A stretch of 64,000 bases of DNA from Alphaproteobacteria bacterium (GTDB taxonomy: Bacteria > Pseudomonadota > Alphaproteobacteria > Micavibrionales > SZUA-601). The translations under genes were made by a program, and so were the position numbers. The stretch covers positions 1,096,765-1,160,764 of the forward strand of contig OZ244156.1 of the NCBI GenBank assembly GCA_965216395.1, written 5' to 3'. Positions 24,537 to 35,043 of the stretch are shown piece after piece; position 1 is the first letter of the stretch, and each line of letters begins with the position of its first letter. The notes under the pieces are model-generated. The model had not been told where the DNA came from, did not search any database, and was given only the letters and a program-made list of their open reading frames with translations.

Positions 24537-25430
24537 ATGAGAGCAATGAAATTAAAATTTCCAACCATGAAAATGAAACTCGGTTTTTGTATGCTTGCAA
24601 TAGGCGCAATGAGTTTTTTAAACAGTTGCAGTAAGGATGATGGCGGCGCGGACCCAACCACACCAACAGGCCAAAACCCAACAAACCCAGGTACAGGTAA
24701 CCCAACCAATCCTGGTAATGGTAGTGGTACAGATTACAGCCAAGATGTAGTGAGTAAAAGTTTTACATTTACAGATGTCTACTTTCTCTCTGGTTCAGAA
24801 AATAGCATTAAAATGGATAATAAAGACGCAAGTAATCCAGGGCTTGATCGGGTGCCAAAGTTAGGAAAAACGCTTTTGCTAAACTCTATTGGTGCTAACC
24901 CAGACACATCAATGGTTGTTACTGTCACGGGGCAAATTGTCCCTGACAATAAAAAACCAATTGATATGCCAAATAATGATGGGTTTGCTTATTCAGCAAT
25001 TTCAATTGTTTCACCACAATATGTTCCTGAAGATAGTACAGCAGAACCTAATATTCGTATTGAGCGTATTCAAGATTTTACTTTTGCACCGAATGGTGCA
25101 CAAGGACAGGATATGTTTGGTAATACAATTGTTAATATCACGAGTGGCGAATTTAAAATGACCGCACTTGTGTCAGGTGCCTTAGGACAAACCAGTTCAG
25201 GACAACCCGTACAATCTATTACATACAAATATGTTTCCAATGCTTATGTCGCAAGTTACTATGCCGATAATGCTGTGGTTGCAAATAGCAATCTAAATGT
25301 GCCCAATGAAATTGAAGCATTATTTAATGATAATAGCGCTTCATCTATTGAAGTTTATGGTATTGAGATTATTAACAGTGATCCTAACCTTAACGGATTA
25401 CAAGTAACTCGTCCTTATATGCCAAATTAA
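24537..25430 (+). CDS. Lipoprotein with a Pro/Thr/Asn/Gly-rich linker, function unknown
   Basis: Signal peptide and lipobox (MKLGFCMLAIGAMSFLNSC), then DPTTPTGQNPTNPGTGNPTNPGNGSG. The start is probably one of the internal ATGs at 24546-24573. Confidence 0.65.
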   Translation: MRAMKLKFPTMKMKLGFCMLAIGAMSFLNSCSKDDGGADPTTPTGQNPTNPGTGNPTNPGNGSGTDYSQDVVSKSFTFTDVYFLSGSENSIKMDNKDASNPGLDRVPKLGKTLLLNSIGANPDTSMVVTVTGQIVPDNKKPIDMPNNDGFAYSAISIVSPQYVPEDSTAEPNIRIERIQDFTFAPNGAQGQDMFGNTIVNITSGEFKMTALVSGALGQTSSGQPVQSITYKYVSNAYVASYYADNAVVANSNLNVPNEIEALFNDNSASSIEVYGIEIINSDPNLNGLQVTRPYMPN

Positions 25431-25450
25431 AGTCGAGTAGAACACTTCTT

Positions 25451-25481
25451 AAAAAAACCTGCGTATATCGCAGGTTTTTTT
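25451..25481. terminator. Bidirectional terminator between the convergent lipoprotein genes
   Basis: AAAAAAACCTGCG-TATAT-CGCAGGTTTTTTT. Confidence 0.8.
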
Positions 25482-25512
25482 ATAAAAATATCTTCGATAG
25501 AAAAGTATATAT

Positions 25513-28500
25513 TTAACCGCTGACATCACCAAAAGGATCATCGCTAGGGCAATCAATATAATTACCATCCGCATCAAACCCAGGTACACAGGGTTCATCA
25601 TCATCACAAGCCGGATGACCAATAGGATAGCTTAGACCATCAGATCCGATACATGTGCCATCACCAAAGTTTGGATCACAGTTTGCATGCCCCATCGGCC
25701 ATGGGTTGCCATCCATATCAAAACACCATGGCGGACAATAAGGATGGCCTTCGGTATAAGTTATACCATTATAACCCGTACAAGTGCCTGGTGGTGATTC
25801 CCACTCACCAATTTCACATCCACCAGCATAGGTTGTTCCGCCATCAGTGTTCCCGTCACCAACACTATCATCCCAGTAACGATCTTCAGATAATGCCATG
25901 AAATCACACACTTCCGATGGCGGAATAATATCCGTGGTTTGAAGAGCACCAAATACATTGGCAAAGGATGCACCTGCCAAATTGAATTCAAAATAGTGAT
26001 CCACCGTTTTTTCACCAGGGTTACTTGGGTTGTCAATCACATGATCGGCACATGTATTCACCGCACCGGGGAGATTAAGGATAAAAACCTGACCATTTTC
26101 ATATGTATCTTTAAAACGGCCAGAGAAGGAGCTCAAATCTGAAGTCGTGCCACAGACACTATTTATAAAACCTGTATGCGGGCCAGCCTCGCCATCGGTC
26201 ATCACATAGACCGCGACCTCAATATCACTGGGATCTTTTGGATCATTCGGGTAAAGCTGGTTATGAAGATCGGCACGATATTGCATTTCTGTTTGCAAAT
26301 GGCCAAGTGCCGCCTCTAGCGTTTGATAAAGTGGCGTCCCACCACCACGCGTGTCTGTTATATCAGCAATGCCATTTAAAACATTGCTAATTTCATTAAC
26401 TATAACTTCCTCATTACCACAATCAGGCCAATTATCGTCAATCGGTGTTGGTTGCCCATCGCCCAATTTACAACCCGTGACACGAAAAGTACGACTGTCA
26501 ATATTATTACTTAGGAAATATGTATAAATAAAGGAGGAACCATATTGCATTTCTGGCACGATAACTTCATTAATCGCATAATCAACGGCTTGATATTTTA
26601 ATTCCGTCACTGGATTCCCATTTTCATCCAAGATCGCTTCTTCATCATAGAAACAAACACCAGGGCACGTATCTTGACAATCAGGCGCATTACTGCCCTG
26701 TTGGCAAATACGCAAACCATCACCATCACCATCAGAACCTTGGTATAATGAACCCAGTAAATCATCATGGACATCTTCACATGTCCCGCCACTGCTCAAC
26801 GCACCTTCTACAAAGGCGGTAATCATGGGGTCGTTTTGGTAAATCGCTTTAATATCATTCATCAGCGCATTATAATCTTCAACACTTTGAGTGCCATCAT
26901 TAGCCACCATATTTTCATCTAAAATTGTACAACTGGCCTCAGGGTTGTTAAATACGTTATAAAGTGTGGTTTTACAACGACGGTCCCCCCTTACCTTATG
27001 AACCAAGTCTTCTGGAGTGGTAAAACCCATACTAGCTGAGCGATCGACAATCACCATCGTCACTTCGGGTAATACCCCTTGTTTACAGGTTTGGCCTTCC
27101 ATGTTACATGAGATATTGGTTGTTGATAAAAAATTGGCCATTTGCGTTAAAATGGAGTCGTTAAACTCATCCTGATCAGCGATCGTATTAAGATCATCGC
27201 TTGATAAGAAATAATTCAGATTATTCACACGATCAACCACATCGGGCGTTTCTGTTCCCGCCACCGCGATAGTGCTATAGGCTTGTTCGCCCCGCCCTGT
27301 ATTGTGTGGTTGTAGCGCCAGCGGTGTTGTCATTTGCACGCGTTGACGTACATACATCGAACCATTACCCATCGGACAGCTGATCGGCACATTATCAATA
27401 CGCGTATGACATTGTGCTCCCACGTAATACATCTGATAAATCGTGTTTTTTTCATCGGTCAGCACAGGGGGCGTATTACCCGTTGGGTCGACCTCATAAA
27501 CGTCACATCGGCGCGTTTCATAATCAGCAATCAAATCGCCATACCAATCAAAACCACATTCTCGTTCAATCATGTCGCCATTAACGACTTGACCATTTTG
27601 AATAATCGGATTAACCGCTTGTTGGATCGTAATCGGTTCTTCATTACATTCTATAAGAATGGATGGATCAAGCGCGGGATCAAAGGGTAAACACTCATCC
27701 GCTTGACCGGGAACAGACACACAGCGAATTGTTAGCGGTTGACTGGTATTCGCATCTTGAAAATATGTTGACCAATCGGTTCCCATGGTAATACCGTCAG
27801 AGATTTGAAAATCTCTCTCTGGGGCTTCTTGCGCAGGGCGACAGAATTGATCAATATCGGCTTGTGTGGGTTGCTCACAATCACGAACAACCATGGGTAA
27901 ACCATCCGCATCAAGTTGTATTTGACCCGTATTTTGGTCAAATGTGTAACGGGTCACACATTGTTTTGCGATTGTGCCCATTAATTGCACATTGCCAATA
28001 TTTGTATTTAAACCAGATAAATCAGCACATTGATAAACAATCGTTGAAAGTTTATCCGTAAATTCTTGAGGCAGAACTGTTTGAATATTAGCCAAGTTTA
28101 ACGCCACAACTGGTGAACCATTGGCGATATCTAAGCTTTGGATCGCATTCATACAATCTGCATTGTTTTGTGTATTTGCGATACCTTTAATCGTTGAATC
28201 TGATTTATAACCAACATTGCGCGCACCAAAACGATTTTGTAATTCACCAATCATTTGCATCGCATGAACATCGCTGTCAATCGGGCCAAGACCACGAATA
28301 TTAGCCTCTTCTTCGTGAATATAAGCAAAAACACCGTCATTACAACGTTGCGTACGCACCACGCCAGAATCACCACCAATAATATTGGCATATGAACCCG
28401 GTGCGGCGCCATTGGCCTCCATAAAATAAGCGCTGAGTTCACTTTGCACAGCATCAGCAATAGCGACAGAAATTTCCCCCGCACGGCTTGAAGATATTTG

Positions 28501-28608
28501 TGATTCTTGGTCTTCAAACATTTTCTTTTCACCTGGAAGACATGCCGTGACCATGCCGATAAGACAAATGACTGATAGTCGTTTCAAAAATTTCATTTTA
28601 TTCTCCAA
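25513..28608 (-). CDS. Large Cys-rich lipoprotein with a von Willebrand factor A (MIDAS) domain
   Basis: Lipobox LIGMVTAC. MIDAS-like VIVDRSASMG and a later VYVMTDGEAG. Many Cys residues. Three C-terminal repeats of the form C-x-G/D-x-N/D-G-x2-Y/W-x2-GH-P/A-x-C. Confidence 0.7.
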   Translation of the reverse strand: MENKMKFLKRLSVICLIGMVTACLPGEKKMFEDQESQISSSRAGEISVAIADAVQSELSAYFMEANGAAPGSYANIIGGDSGVVRTQRCNDGVFAYIHEEEANIRGLGPIDSDVHAMQMIGELQNRFGARNVGYKSDSTIKGIANTQNNADCMNAIQSLDIANGSPVVALNLANIQTVLPQEFTDKLSTIVYQCADLSGLNTNIGNVQLMGTIAKQCVTRYTFDQNTGQIQLDADGLPMVVRDCEQPTQADIDQFCRPAQEAPERDFQISDGITMGTDWSTYFQDANTSQPLTIRCVSVPGQADECLPFDPALDPSILIECNEEPITIQQAVNPIIQNGQVVNGDMIERECGFDWYGDLIADYETRRCDVYEVDPTGNTPPVLTDEKNTIYQMYYVGAQCHTRIDNVPISCPMGNGSMYVRQRVQMTTPLALQPHNTGRGEQAYSTIAVAGTETPDVVDRVNNLNYFLSSDDLNTIADQDEFNDSILTQMANFLSTTNISCNMEGQTCKQGVLPEVTMVIVDRSASMGFTTPEDLVHKVRGDRRCKTTLYNVFNNPEASCTILDENMVANDGTQSVEDYNALMNDIKAIYQNDPMITAFVEGALSSGGTCEDVHDDLLGSLYQGSDGDGDGLRICQQGSNAPDCQDTCPGVCFYDEEAILDENGNPVTELKYQAVDYAINEVIVPEMQYGSSFIYTYFLSNNIDSRTFRVTGCKLGDGQPTPIDDNWPDCGNEEVIVNEISNVLNGIADITDTRGGGTPLYQTLEAALGHLQTEMQYRADLHNQLYPNDPKDPSDIEVAVYVMTDGEAGPHTGFINSVCGTTSDLSSFSGRFKDTYENGQVFILNLPGAVNTCADHVIDNPSNPGEKTVDHYFEFNLAGASFANVFGALQTTDIIPPSEVCDFMALSEDRYWDDSVGDGNTDGGTTYAGGCEIGEWESPPGTCTGYNGITYTEGHPYCPPWCFDMDGNPWPMGHANCDPNFGDGTCIGSDGLSYPIGHPACDDDEPCVPGFDADGNYIDCPSDDPFGDVSG

Positions 28609-28817
28609 GTGTTCGAATTAAGCGAATTCTATAATTAATAAGTCTCATTATACCACAAATATATAAAATTTTATACATATTTTTTGTATTATATGTCGTA
28701 TAAATTAACCACAAGACCACCTTTACACAAAATTACGTAAAAAATCTTAATGAATAGAAAAGTTTTTTATTAAAAGGACTAGATTTTTTATCCATTTCAG
28801 GGCATAAAAGCATCATT

Positions 28818-29666
28818 ATGAGTTGGATTTCAAATATTGTACGCCCTAAAATACGGGCTCTCGTTCAGAAACAGGATATTCCAGATAATCTATGGATTAA
28901 ATGTCCATCCTGTAACTCTATGTTGTTTCATCGAGATTTAGAGAAACATCATCAGGTTTGCCATTACTGTAACCATCACTTAAGACTGCCGATTACAAAA
29001 AGATTGCAGCTTTTATTTGATAATGAAAACTATAAGACAGAGAAGTTACCAGAAAACGTAACTGATCCTTTAAAATTCAAAGATCGCAAAAAATACACAG
29101 ATAGATTGCGTGAGGCACGCCAAAAAACAGGCCGCGATGATGCTATTATTGTTGCCTCTGGCACAATTGGCGAAAAAAAAGCTGTTGTAGCCGCTTTTGA
29201 CTTTCGTTTCATGGGTGGATCTATGGGTATTGCTGTGGGTAACGGCCTTGTTCGAGCGGCAGAAATTGCTGTCAAGCAAGGCGCTGCACTAATTGTCGTA
29301 CCGGCTTCTGGGGGCGCACGTATGCAAGAAGGCATCTTATCTCTTATGCAGATGCCACGTTCAATCATCGCCATTGATAAGGTTAAAGACGCAAAATTGC
29401 CTTATATCGTCTTACTAACAGATCCAACAACTGGTGGGGTCAGTGCCTCTTTTGCAATGCTTGGTGATATCCATATCGCAGAGCCAGGCACGCAAATTGG
29501 CTTTGCAGGTAAACGTGTTATTCAAGAAACCATACGTGAAAAACTGCCCGAAGGGTTTCAAACTGCGGAATATCTCTTGGATCATGGACAAGTCGATCTT
29601 GTGGTACCACGTCACGAATTAGCCGAAACAATCGGTAAAATTTTGAGAATACTCATGAAAAAATAA
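28818..29666 (+). CDS. accD: Acetyl-CoA carboxylase carboxyltransferase beta subunit
   Basis: N-terminal Zn finger CPSCNSMLFHRDLEKHHQVCHYCNHH, plus FDFRFMGGSMG. Confidence 0.95.
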   Translation: MSWISNIVRPKIRALVQKQDIPDNLWIKCPSCNSMLFHRDLEKHHQVCHYCNHHLRLPITKRLQLLFDNENYKTEKLPENVTDPLKFKDRKKYTDRLREARQKTGRDDAIIVASGTIGEKKAVVAAFDFRFMGGSMGIAVGNGLVRAAEIAVKQGAALIVVPASGGARMQEGILSLMQMPRSIIAIDKVKDAKLPYIVLLTDPTTGGVSASFAMLGDIHIAEPGTQIGFAGKRVIQETIREKLPEGFQTAEYLLDHGQVDLVVPRHELAETIGKILRILMKK

Positions 29667-29667
29667 G

Positions 29668-30996
29668 ATGAAAAAAGATAAAAATCATCTTAGGCAGGTT
29701 TTAGAGCAAGAATTACAGGAAATATACACGTATCATACTCAATCCATTGATTTGGGATTAGAGAGGGTTTATCGCCTTTTAAATGACCTTGGCAACCCAC
29801 ACGAAGCTTTACCCCCCGTGATACATATTGCTGGAACAAACGGTAAAGGCTCAACGCTGAGTTTTATTCAAGCCATCATGGAAGATGCTGGATATTGTGT
29901 TCACAAATATACATCCCCTCACCTTATTCGATTTAACGAACGTATTATTCTCAGTGGCCAAGAAATCAGCGATGAGACATTATTACCGCTTATTCAACAT
30001 GTCAAATCTGTTAATAAAAATCAACCCATTACGTTTTTCGAATTCACCATGGCGATGGTGTTTTATGCTTTTGCACAAAATCCTGCAGATATTGTCTTAC
30101 TTGAGACAGGCTTAGGCGGACGTCTTGACGCATCCAATGTTATTACAAAACCATCCGCCTCACTTATATCAAAAATTGGTATGGATCATATGCATTTTTT
30201 AGGCGACACAATAGAACAGATTGCCTTTGAAAAAGCGGGGATAATCAAGCAAAACTGCCCTTGTTTTGTTAGTAAACAAGTCAGTGAAAATGTTTATAAC
30301 GTTTTTGAAAAATATGCGGGCGAAAAACAAGCGCCACTGAAACGTTATGGCGTTGATTGGTCGGTTCACCCAAAAGAATCAGGGTTTGAAGTCACTTTTG
30401 ATCAAGAACAGGTGCATCTTCCAAATCCGAGTTTGCTCGGTGAACATCAATATGAAAATGCCTCTCTGGCCATCGCATGTCTTAAAAATTTGCAGGGATT
30501 TGATATTACAAACCAAAACATTAAAAATGGGATACAAAAGGCACAATGGCCTGCCCGCATGCAGCATATTGCCTGTGGATATCTCACAAATTTTATCTCA
30601 AAAGAAGCTGAAATATGGCTCGATGGTGGCCACAATATTGACGGCACAATCGCTATTGCTGAGATTCTAAAGAACTGGCAAGAAGAGGGCGCGAAAACGC
30701 ATCTCATTTTTGCCACTGTTGACAATCGGGATCCTGCGACCATTATTGCTCCGCTTCTTCCCTTTGTTGACACAGTGAGCAGTATTGACTTTGATCATAA
30801 CAAAGCGCGCAGAGCCTCTGAAACCGTATCATTGCTTAAAAAAGCTGGCATAAATGCAGCCGCATATGCAACAATTATCGACGCTTTATTGGTTTTAAAT
30901 AAGGAAATAATTTCAGGAGATCGCGTTCTGATTTGCGGTTCGCTCTACATGGCTGGTGAAATTTTAGCAATAAATCAGAAAACTGGATTGGCTTAG
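29668..30996 (+). CDS. folC: Folylpolyglutamate synthase / dihydrofolate synthase
   Basis: IHIAGTNGKGST and the accD-folC synteny. Confidence 0.9.
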   Translation: MKKDKNHLRQVLEQELQEIYTYHTQSIDLGLERVYRLLNDLGNPHEALPPVIHIAGTNGKGSTLSFIQAIMEDAGYCVHKYTSPHLIRFNERIILSGQEISDETLLPLIQHVKSVNKNQPITFFEFTMAMVFYAFAQNPADIVLLETGLGGRLDASNVITKPSASLISKIGMDHMHFLGDTIEQIAFEKAGIIKQNCPCFVSKQVSENVYNVFEKYAGEKQAPLKRYGVDWSVHPKESGFEVTFDQEQVHLPNPSLLGEHQYENASLAIACLKNLQGFDITNQNIKNGIQKAQWPARMQHIACGYLTNFISKEAEIWLDGGHNIDGTIAIAEILKNWQEEGAKTHLIFATVDNRDPATIIAPLLPFVDTVSSIDFDHNKARRASETVSLLKKAGINAAAYATIIDALLVLNKEIISGDRVLICGSLYMAGEILAINQKTGLA

Positions 30997-31051
30997 GACT
31001 TATTATTTCCTATAATATTTTAGAAAATAACAAATAACAGAGATAAAAAGC

Positions 31052-31483
31052 ATGAATTCACGCTGGGACAAACGTTTTTTAGACTTAGCCGAACATATTT
31101 CGACTTGGTCACGTGATCCCAATCGAAAAGTGGGTTCTGTGATTGTTCGCCCCGATAAAACAGTAGCATCGATGGGATTTAACGGTTTCCCGAGAAATGT
31201 TGATGACGATGAAACACGTTACAATGACCGTGAAACAAAGAATCAGATGGTTGTTCATGCAGAAATGAATGCTATTTTACATGCACGCGAACCTCTTCAT
31301 GGATATACATTATACGTGTGGCCTTTTCATCCGTGCGCACGCTGTGCCGCGGCGATCATACAATCAGGAATTAAGCATGTTGTAACCGTTCCGTGGGAAA
31401 CAACAAATTGGAAAGAGACCATTCGAATCGCTCGACAAATGATGGACGAAGCGGGTGTTCGCATTCAAATTTTTGAAAATTAA
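31052..31483 (+). CDS. dCMP/CMP deaminase family protein
   Basis: Zinc motifs VHAEMNAI and PCARCA. Confidence 0.85.
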   Translation: MNSRWDKRFLDLAEHISTWSRDPNRKVGSVIVRPDKTVASMGFNGFPRNVDDDETRYNDRETKNQMVVHAEMNAILHAREPLHGYTLYVWPFHPCARCAAAIIQSGIKHVVTVPWETTNWKETIRIARQMMDEAGVRIQIFEN

Positions 31484-31515
31484 TAAACAAACCGATAAAT
31501 CAATAAGGAATAATA

Positions 31516-32805
31516 ATGGATAAAATACGTGTTAAAGGCGGTCAACGTCTCGAAGGAACGATCACAATTTCTGGTGCCAAAAATTCAGCATTAAAATTAA
31601 TGTGCGCCACGATGCTGACAGAAGAACCTGTGACACTCTACAATGTACCGCAATTGGCCGATATTGCGACTTTAACCGATCTTTTAACCGATATGGGAAC
31701 AAAAATTGAACTCGACGGTGATCAATCGGCTCAAAGTGATTATGGCCGTGTGATAAAGTTTACTACACCAGAGGTTAAACCCCATGCCGATTATGAGCTT
31801 GTGCGGAAACTTCGTGCTAGTATTGGGGTCTTAGGCCCTGTTTTGGCGCGTCACCATTATGCTGAAGTTTCCTTACCTGGCGGTTGTGCCATTGGCGCCC
31901 GTCCGCTTGACCTACATATCATGGCGATGGAACAACTAGGCGCAGATGTTACAATCGAAAACGGTTATATTATCGCTAAAGCTGAAGGGGGGCTTAAAGG
32001 GGGACATATCGTTTTCCCAAAAGTCACCGTTATGGGTACAGAAAATGCGATGATGGCCGCAACACTCGCCAAGGGTGAAACCATTATTTCCAATGCAGCT
32101 CGTGAACCCGAAGTGGCTGATTTGGCAAATATGCTCAATAAAATGGGAGCTAAAATATCGGGTCACGGCACTGATACGATCACGATTCAAGGTGTTGAAA
32201 AGCTTCATGGTGTTGAATATCACGTCATTGCGGATCGTATCGAAGCGGGCACTTACGCTGTCGCTGCGGCGCTCACCGCGGGAGATATATTCCTTGAACA
32301 TGCCAATCGTGAACATTTCGAAGCCACTGCGGTTAAATTGGAAGAAGCCGGCGCTGTGGTAGAACAAAAAGAAAATGGCTTACGTGTCTATCGTAACGCT
32401 GACTCACCGATTAAACCAATTGACGTTATCACAGCGCCTTTCCCTGGTTTTGCTACTGATTTGCAAGCGCAAACAATGATTTTGATGTGTTTGGCCGATG
32501 GTGCCGGCACTTTGGAAGAAAACGTTTTCGAAAACCGTTTTATGCATGTTCCAGAATTATCAAGAATGGGCGCGGATATTAGTATCCACGGCAATACAGC
32601 AACCATCAAAGGTATTAAAAAATTCCATGGCGCCCAAGTCATGGCAACGGATCTTCGCGCCTCTGTTTCTCTTATTCTTGCTGGTTTAGTAGCAGAAGGA
32701 GAAACAATTGTCAGCCGTATTTATCACCTTGACCGTGGATATGAACAATTAGAAAGAAAATTATCACGCGTTGGGGCGATCATCGAACGCTTCAGTGAAG
32801 ACTAA
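31516..32805 (+). CDS. murA: UDP-N-acetylglucosamine 1-carboxyvinyltransferase
   Basis: MDKIRVKGGQRLEGTITISGAKNSALKLM..., full length. Confidence 0.95.
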   Translation: MDKIRVKGGQRLEGTITISGAKNSALKLMCATMLTEEPVTLYNVPQLADIATLTDLLTDMGTKIELDGDQSAQSDYGRVIKFTTPEVKPHADYELVRKLRASIGVLGPVLARHHYAEVSLPGGCAIGARPLDLHIMAMEQLGADVTIENGYIIAKAEGGLKGGHIVFPKVTVMGTENAMMAATLAKGETIISNAAREPEVADLANMLNKMGAKISGHGTDTITIQGVEKLHGVEYHVIADRIEAGTYAVAAALTAGDIFLEHANREHFEATAVKLEEAGAVVEQKENGLRVYRNADSPIKPIDVITAPFPGFATDLQAQTMILMCLADGAGTLEENVFENRFMHVPELSRMGADISIHGNTATIKGIKKFHGAQVMATDLRASVSLILAGLVAEGETIVSRIYHLDRGYEQLERKLSRVGAIIERFSED

Positions 32806-32884
32806 TAATAGGCTCAGACCTTGCAAAAAGATTTAAAAACAGGTAAAAAGCTCAAAATATAACAAATATAAAGCGAAGGATTAT

Positions 32885-33103
32885 ATGGCTAAAGAAGATC
32901 TTATTGAATTTGACGGTGTTGTTCTTGAACTCCTCCCAAACACAACATTCTTAGTTGAACTTGAAAATGAACATCGTATCATTGCCCACATGGCGGGGAA
33001 AATGCGTAAAAACCGTATTCGCGTTCTGGCAGGAGATAAGGTGAAGGTTGAAATGACCCCTTATGACCTTACTAAGGGTCGTATTATTTTTCGAACAAAG
33101 TAA
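32885..33103 (+). CDS. infA: Translation initiation factor IF-1
   Basis: [70 protein letters not shown]. Confidence 0.95.
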   Translation: MAKEDLIEFDGVVLELLPNTTFLVELENEHRIIAHMAGKMRKNRIRVLAGDKVKVEMTPYDLTKGRIIFRTK

Positions 33104-33109
33104 AGCACG

Positions 33110-33685
33110 ATGTCTCAGGCGCGTCTTATTCTCGGCTCTGGCTCCCCTCGAAGGCTGGATCTTTTGCGCCAGATTAATATTGAACCCGATATTATTGCTC
33201 GTCCCGACATCCTAGAAATCCCTAATAAGGGTGAAAAACCGCGCGATTACGTCATTCGGCTTGCGCGAGAAAAAAATCAAGCCTTAGCAGATAAATACCC
33301 CAATGATTTTGTGATCACGGGGGATACAACCGTTGCTTTGGGGCGTCGCTTTATTGAAAAAGCAAAAAACGACCAAGAACAAAGAAAATTTATGAATATG
33401 ATGTCAGGGCGCGCGCACCGTGTTCTCAGTGCTGTATGTTTAAAATCCCCGCATGGAAAAATTTCATGCAAATTATCAACAACACGGATTATTTTTAAAC
33501 GATTAAGTCATCAAGAAATTGAAGATTATGTGCAGAGCGGCCATTGGCAAGGAAAAGCAGGCTATGGTGTTCAGGACATTGAACATTTGATTCAGTCTTT
33601 GCAAGGTTCCTATAGTGGCGCAATCGGTTTGCCGCTTTATGAAACACATCAATTACTTACCGGCATGGGTTATTACACATCATGA
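33110..33685 (+). CDS. maf: Maf-like nucleoside triphosphate pyrophosphatase
   Basis: LILGSGSPRRLDLL...GAIGLP. Confidence 0.85.
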   Translation: MSQARLILGSGSPRRLDLLRQINIEPDIIARPDILEIPNKGEKPRDYVIRLAREKNQALADKYPNDFVITGDTTVALGRRFIEKAKNDQEQRKFMNMMSGRAHRVLSAVCLKSPHGKISCKLSTTRIIFKRLSHQEIEDYVQSGHWQGKAGYGVQDIEHLIQSLQGSYSGAIGLPLYETHQLLTGMGYYTS

Positions 33686-34518
33686 ATTGGATGATCGTTG
33701 GCGATGAAGACGAAAATTTCGAGTATGCCGCCCTTTTAAAGGATAAAATATTTTTTGATTTTAAAATCCGTAATAAAAAATCTATCTTTTCTATTGGTGA
33801 TATTTTTTATGGTCAAATTGATCAATATTTCCCCCGATTAAATGCTTATCGCGTTATTTTACCTCAAAACAGCGTCGCACATTTACCGGATTCATCTCGA
33901 AAAAAACATTATAAATCAGGAGATTATATATTAGTTGAAATACGCTCCTTAGCATATGCTGATAAAGACATCCTTTTATCCAGTAAAACCAACCCGAAGG
34001 AAACCGATCTGTCTACATCTAATAAGAAACAGATAGAAAAAGTTTTTTCAGCCGCCTCATTGACGGAAATAATTTTTCAAAAATATCAACACCTTGAACC
34101 GAAATTATCAGATAATAATTTTGACCATTATGATCTATGGCCACGTATAGAGAACTTAAAACAAGGAAAACTTAGTCTAAAAAACGGCGTGTCTATTGTG
34201 ATTGATACTACAACAGCGCTAACCGCCATAGATGTGAACAGCATTGGCCAAGTCAGCGCCACCAAAGCCAATATTATTGCCTCAGAAGCTATTATTCAAC
34301 AAATTCGTTTAAGAAATATCAGTGGCATTATTATCATTGACTTCATCAATATGAAAGAAAAAGCTGACCGAATTGGGCTCAAAGAAAAAATTAAAAAAAT
34401 AACGTGTTACGATATTTATCCATTTCACATCCATGGCTTTACGCGATTAAATCTGTTCGAATTAAGCCGAAAACGAAAAGGCAATTCGATATCCGAGATT
34501 ATTGGCCAAACAAATTAA
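33682..34518 (+). CDS. Short RNase E/G-family protein
   Basis: S1-like IGDIFYGQIDQYFPRLNAYRV, then LTAIDVNS, GIIIIDFINM and LFELSRKR, with maf-rng synteny. At 278 aa it is much shorter than canonical RNase G. Confidence 0.6.
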   Translation: MNWMIVGDEDENFEYAALLKDKIFFDFKIRNKKSIFSIGDIFYGQIDQYFPRLNAYRVILPQNSVAHLPDSSRKKHYKSGDYILVEIRSLAYADKDILLSSKTNPKETDLSTSNKKQIEKVFSAASLTEIIFQKYQHLEPKLSDNNFDHYDLWPRIENLKQGKLSLKNGVSIVIDTTTALTAIDVNSIGQVSATKANIIASEAIIQQIRLRNISGIIIIDFINMKEKADRIGLKEKIKKITCYDIYPFHIHGFTRLNLFELSRKRKGNSISEIIGQTN

Positions 34519-34669
34519 CAGCATCGAATAGGCTTTAGAAACAATAACTTTTATCAAATTTATTTGAGCATTAGAGCATTGAAATCTTAACATACAAAAA
34601 GGTGTTATACGGTTTACAGGGCCAAAAATTACATTAATCATTAAGGTTTTGAGCTATTATTATTTCGTA

Positions 34670-35005
34670 ATGGCGCGTTCACGTAAGAATCTTACAGTCC
34701 TGGTTGTAGAAGACTCCCCCGCTGACTTTTTTATTTTAAAAGAGTTACTCTTACGCTTAGGTGACAAGATTGAGATTATTGATCATGCGTATAACCTTCG
34801 AGAGGCAGAGAATTTAATCAAAGCAAATAATTATGATTTGTCATTCGTTGATCTTGGTTTACAAAATAGCGATAAAATTGAAACATTAAGACGGTTTCAA
34901 AATCTTTCTTATATGGGCCCTATTATCATACTTACTGGCCTTATAGCCGTCCTACTTTTTTATGGGTTGATGAAGCACATTACTTTCTTCATGAACATGA
35001 TATAG
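34670..35005 (+). pseudogene. Truncated response-regulator receiver domain
   Basis: LTVLVVEDSPADFFILKELL...DLSFVDLGLQNSD...GPIIILTGL covers beta1 to beta4. The sequence then becomes hydrophobic nonsense (IAVLLFYGLMKHITFFMNMI), and alpha4-beta5-alpha5 are missing. Confidence 0.55.
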
Positions 35006-35043
35006 ATCATCAATCAACAGCGCGAAGTTACCGTGCCTGTACC

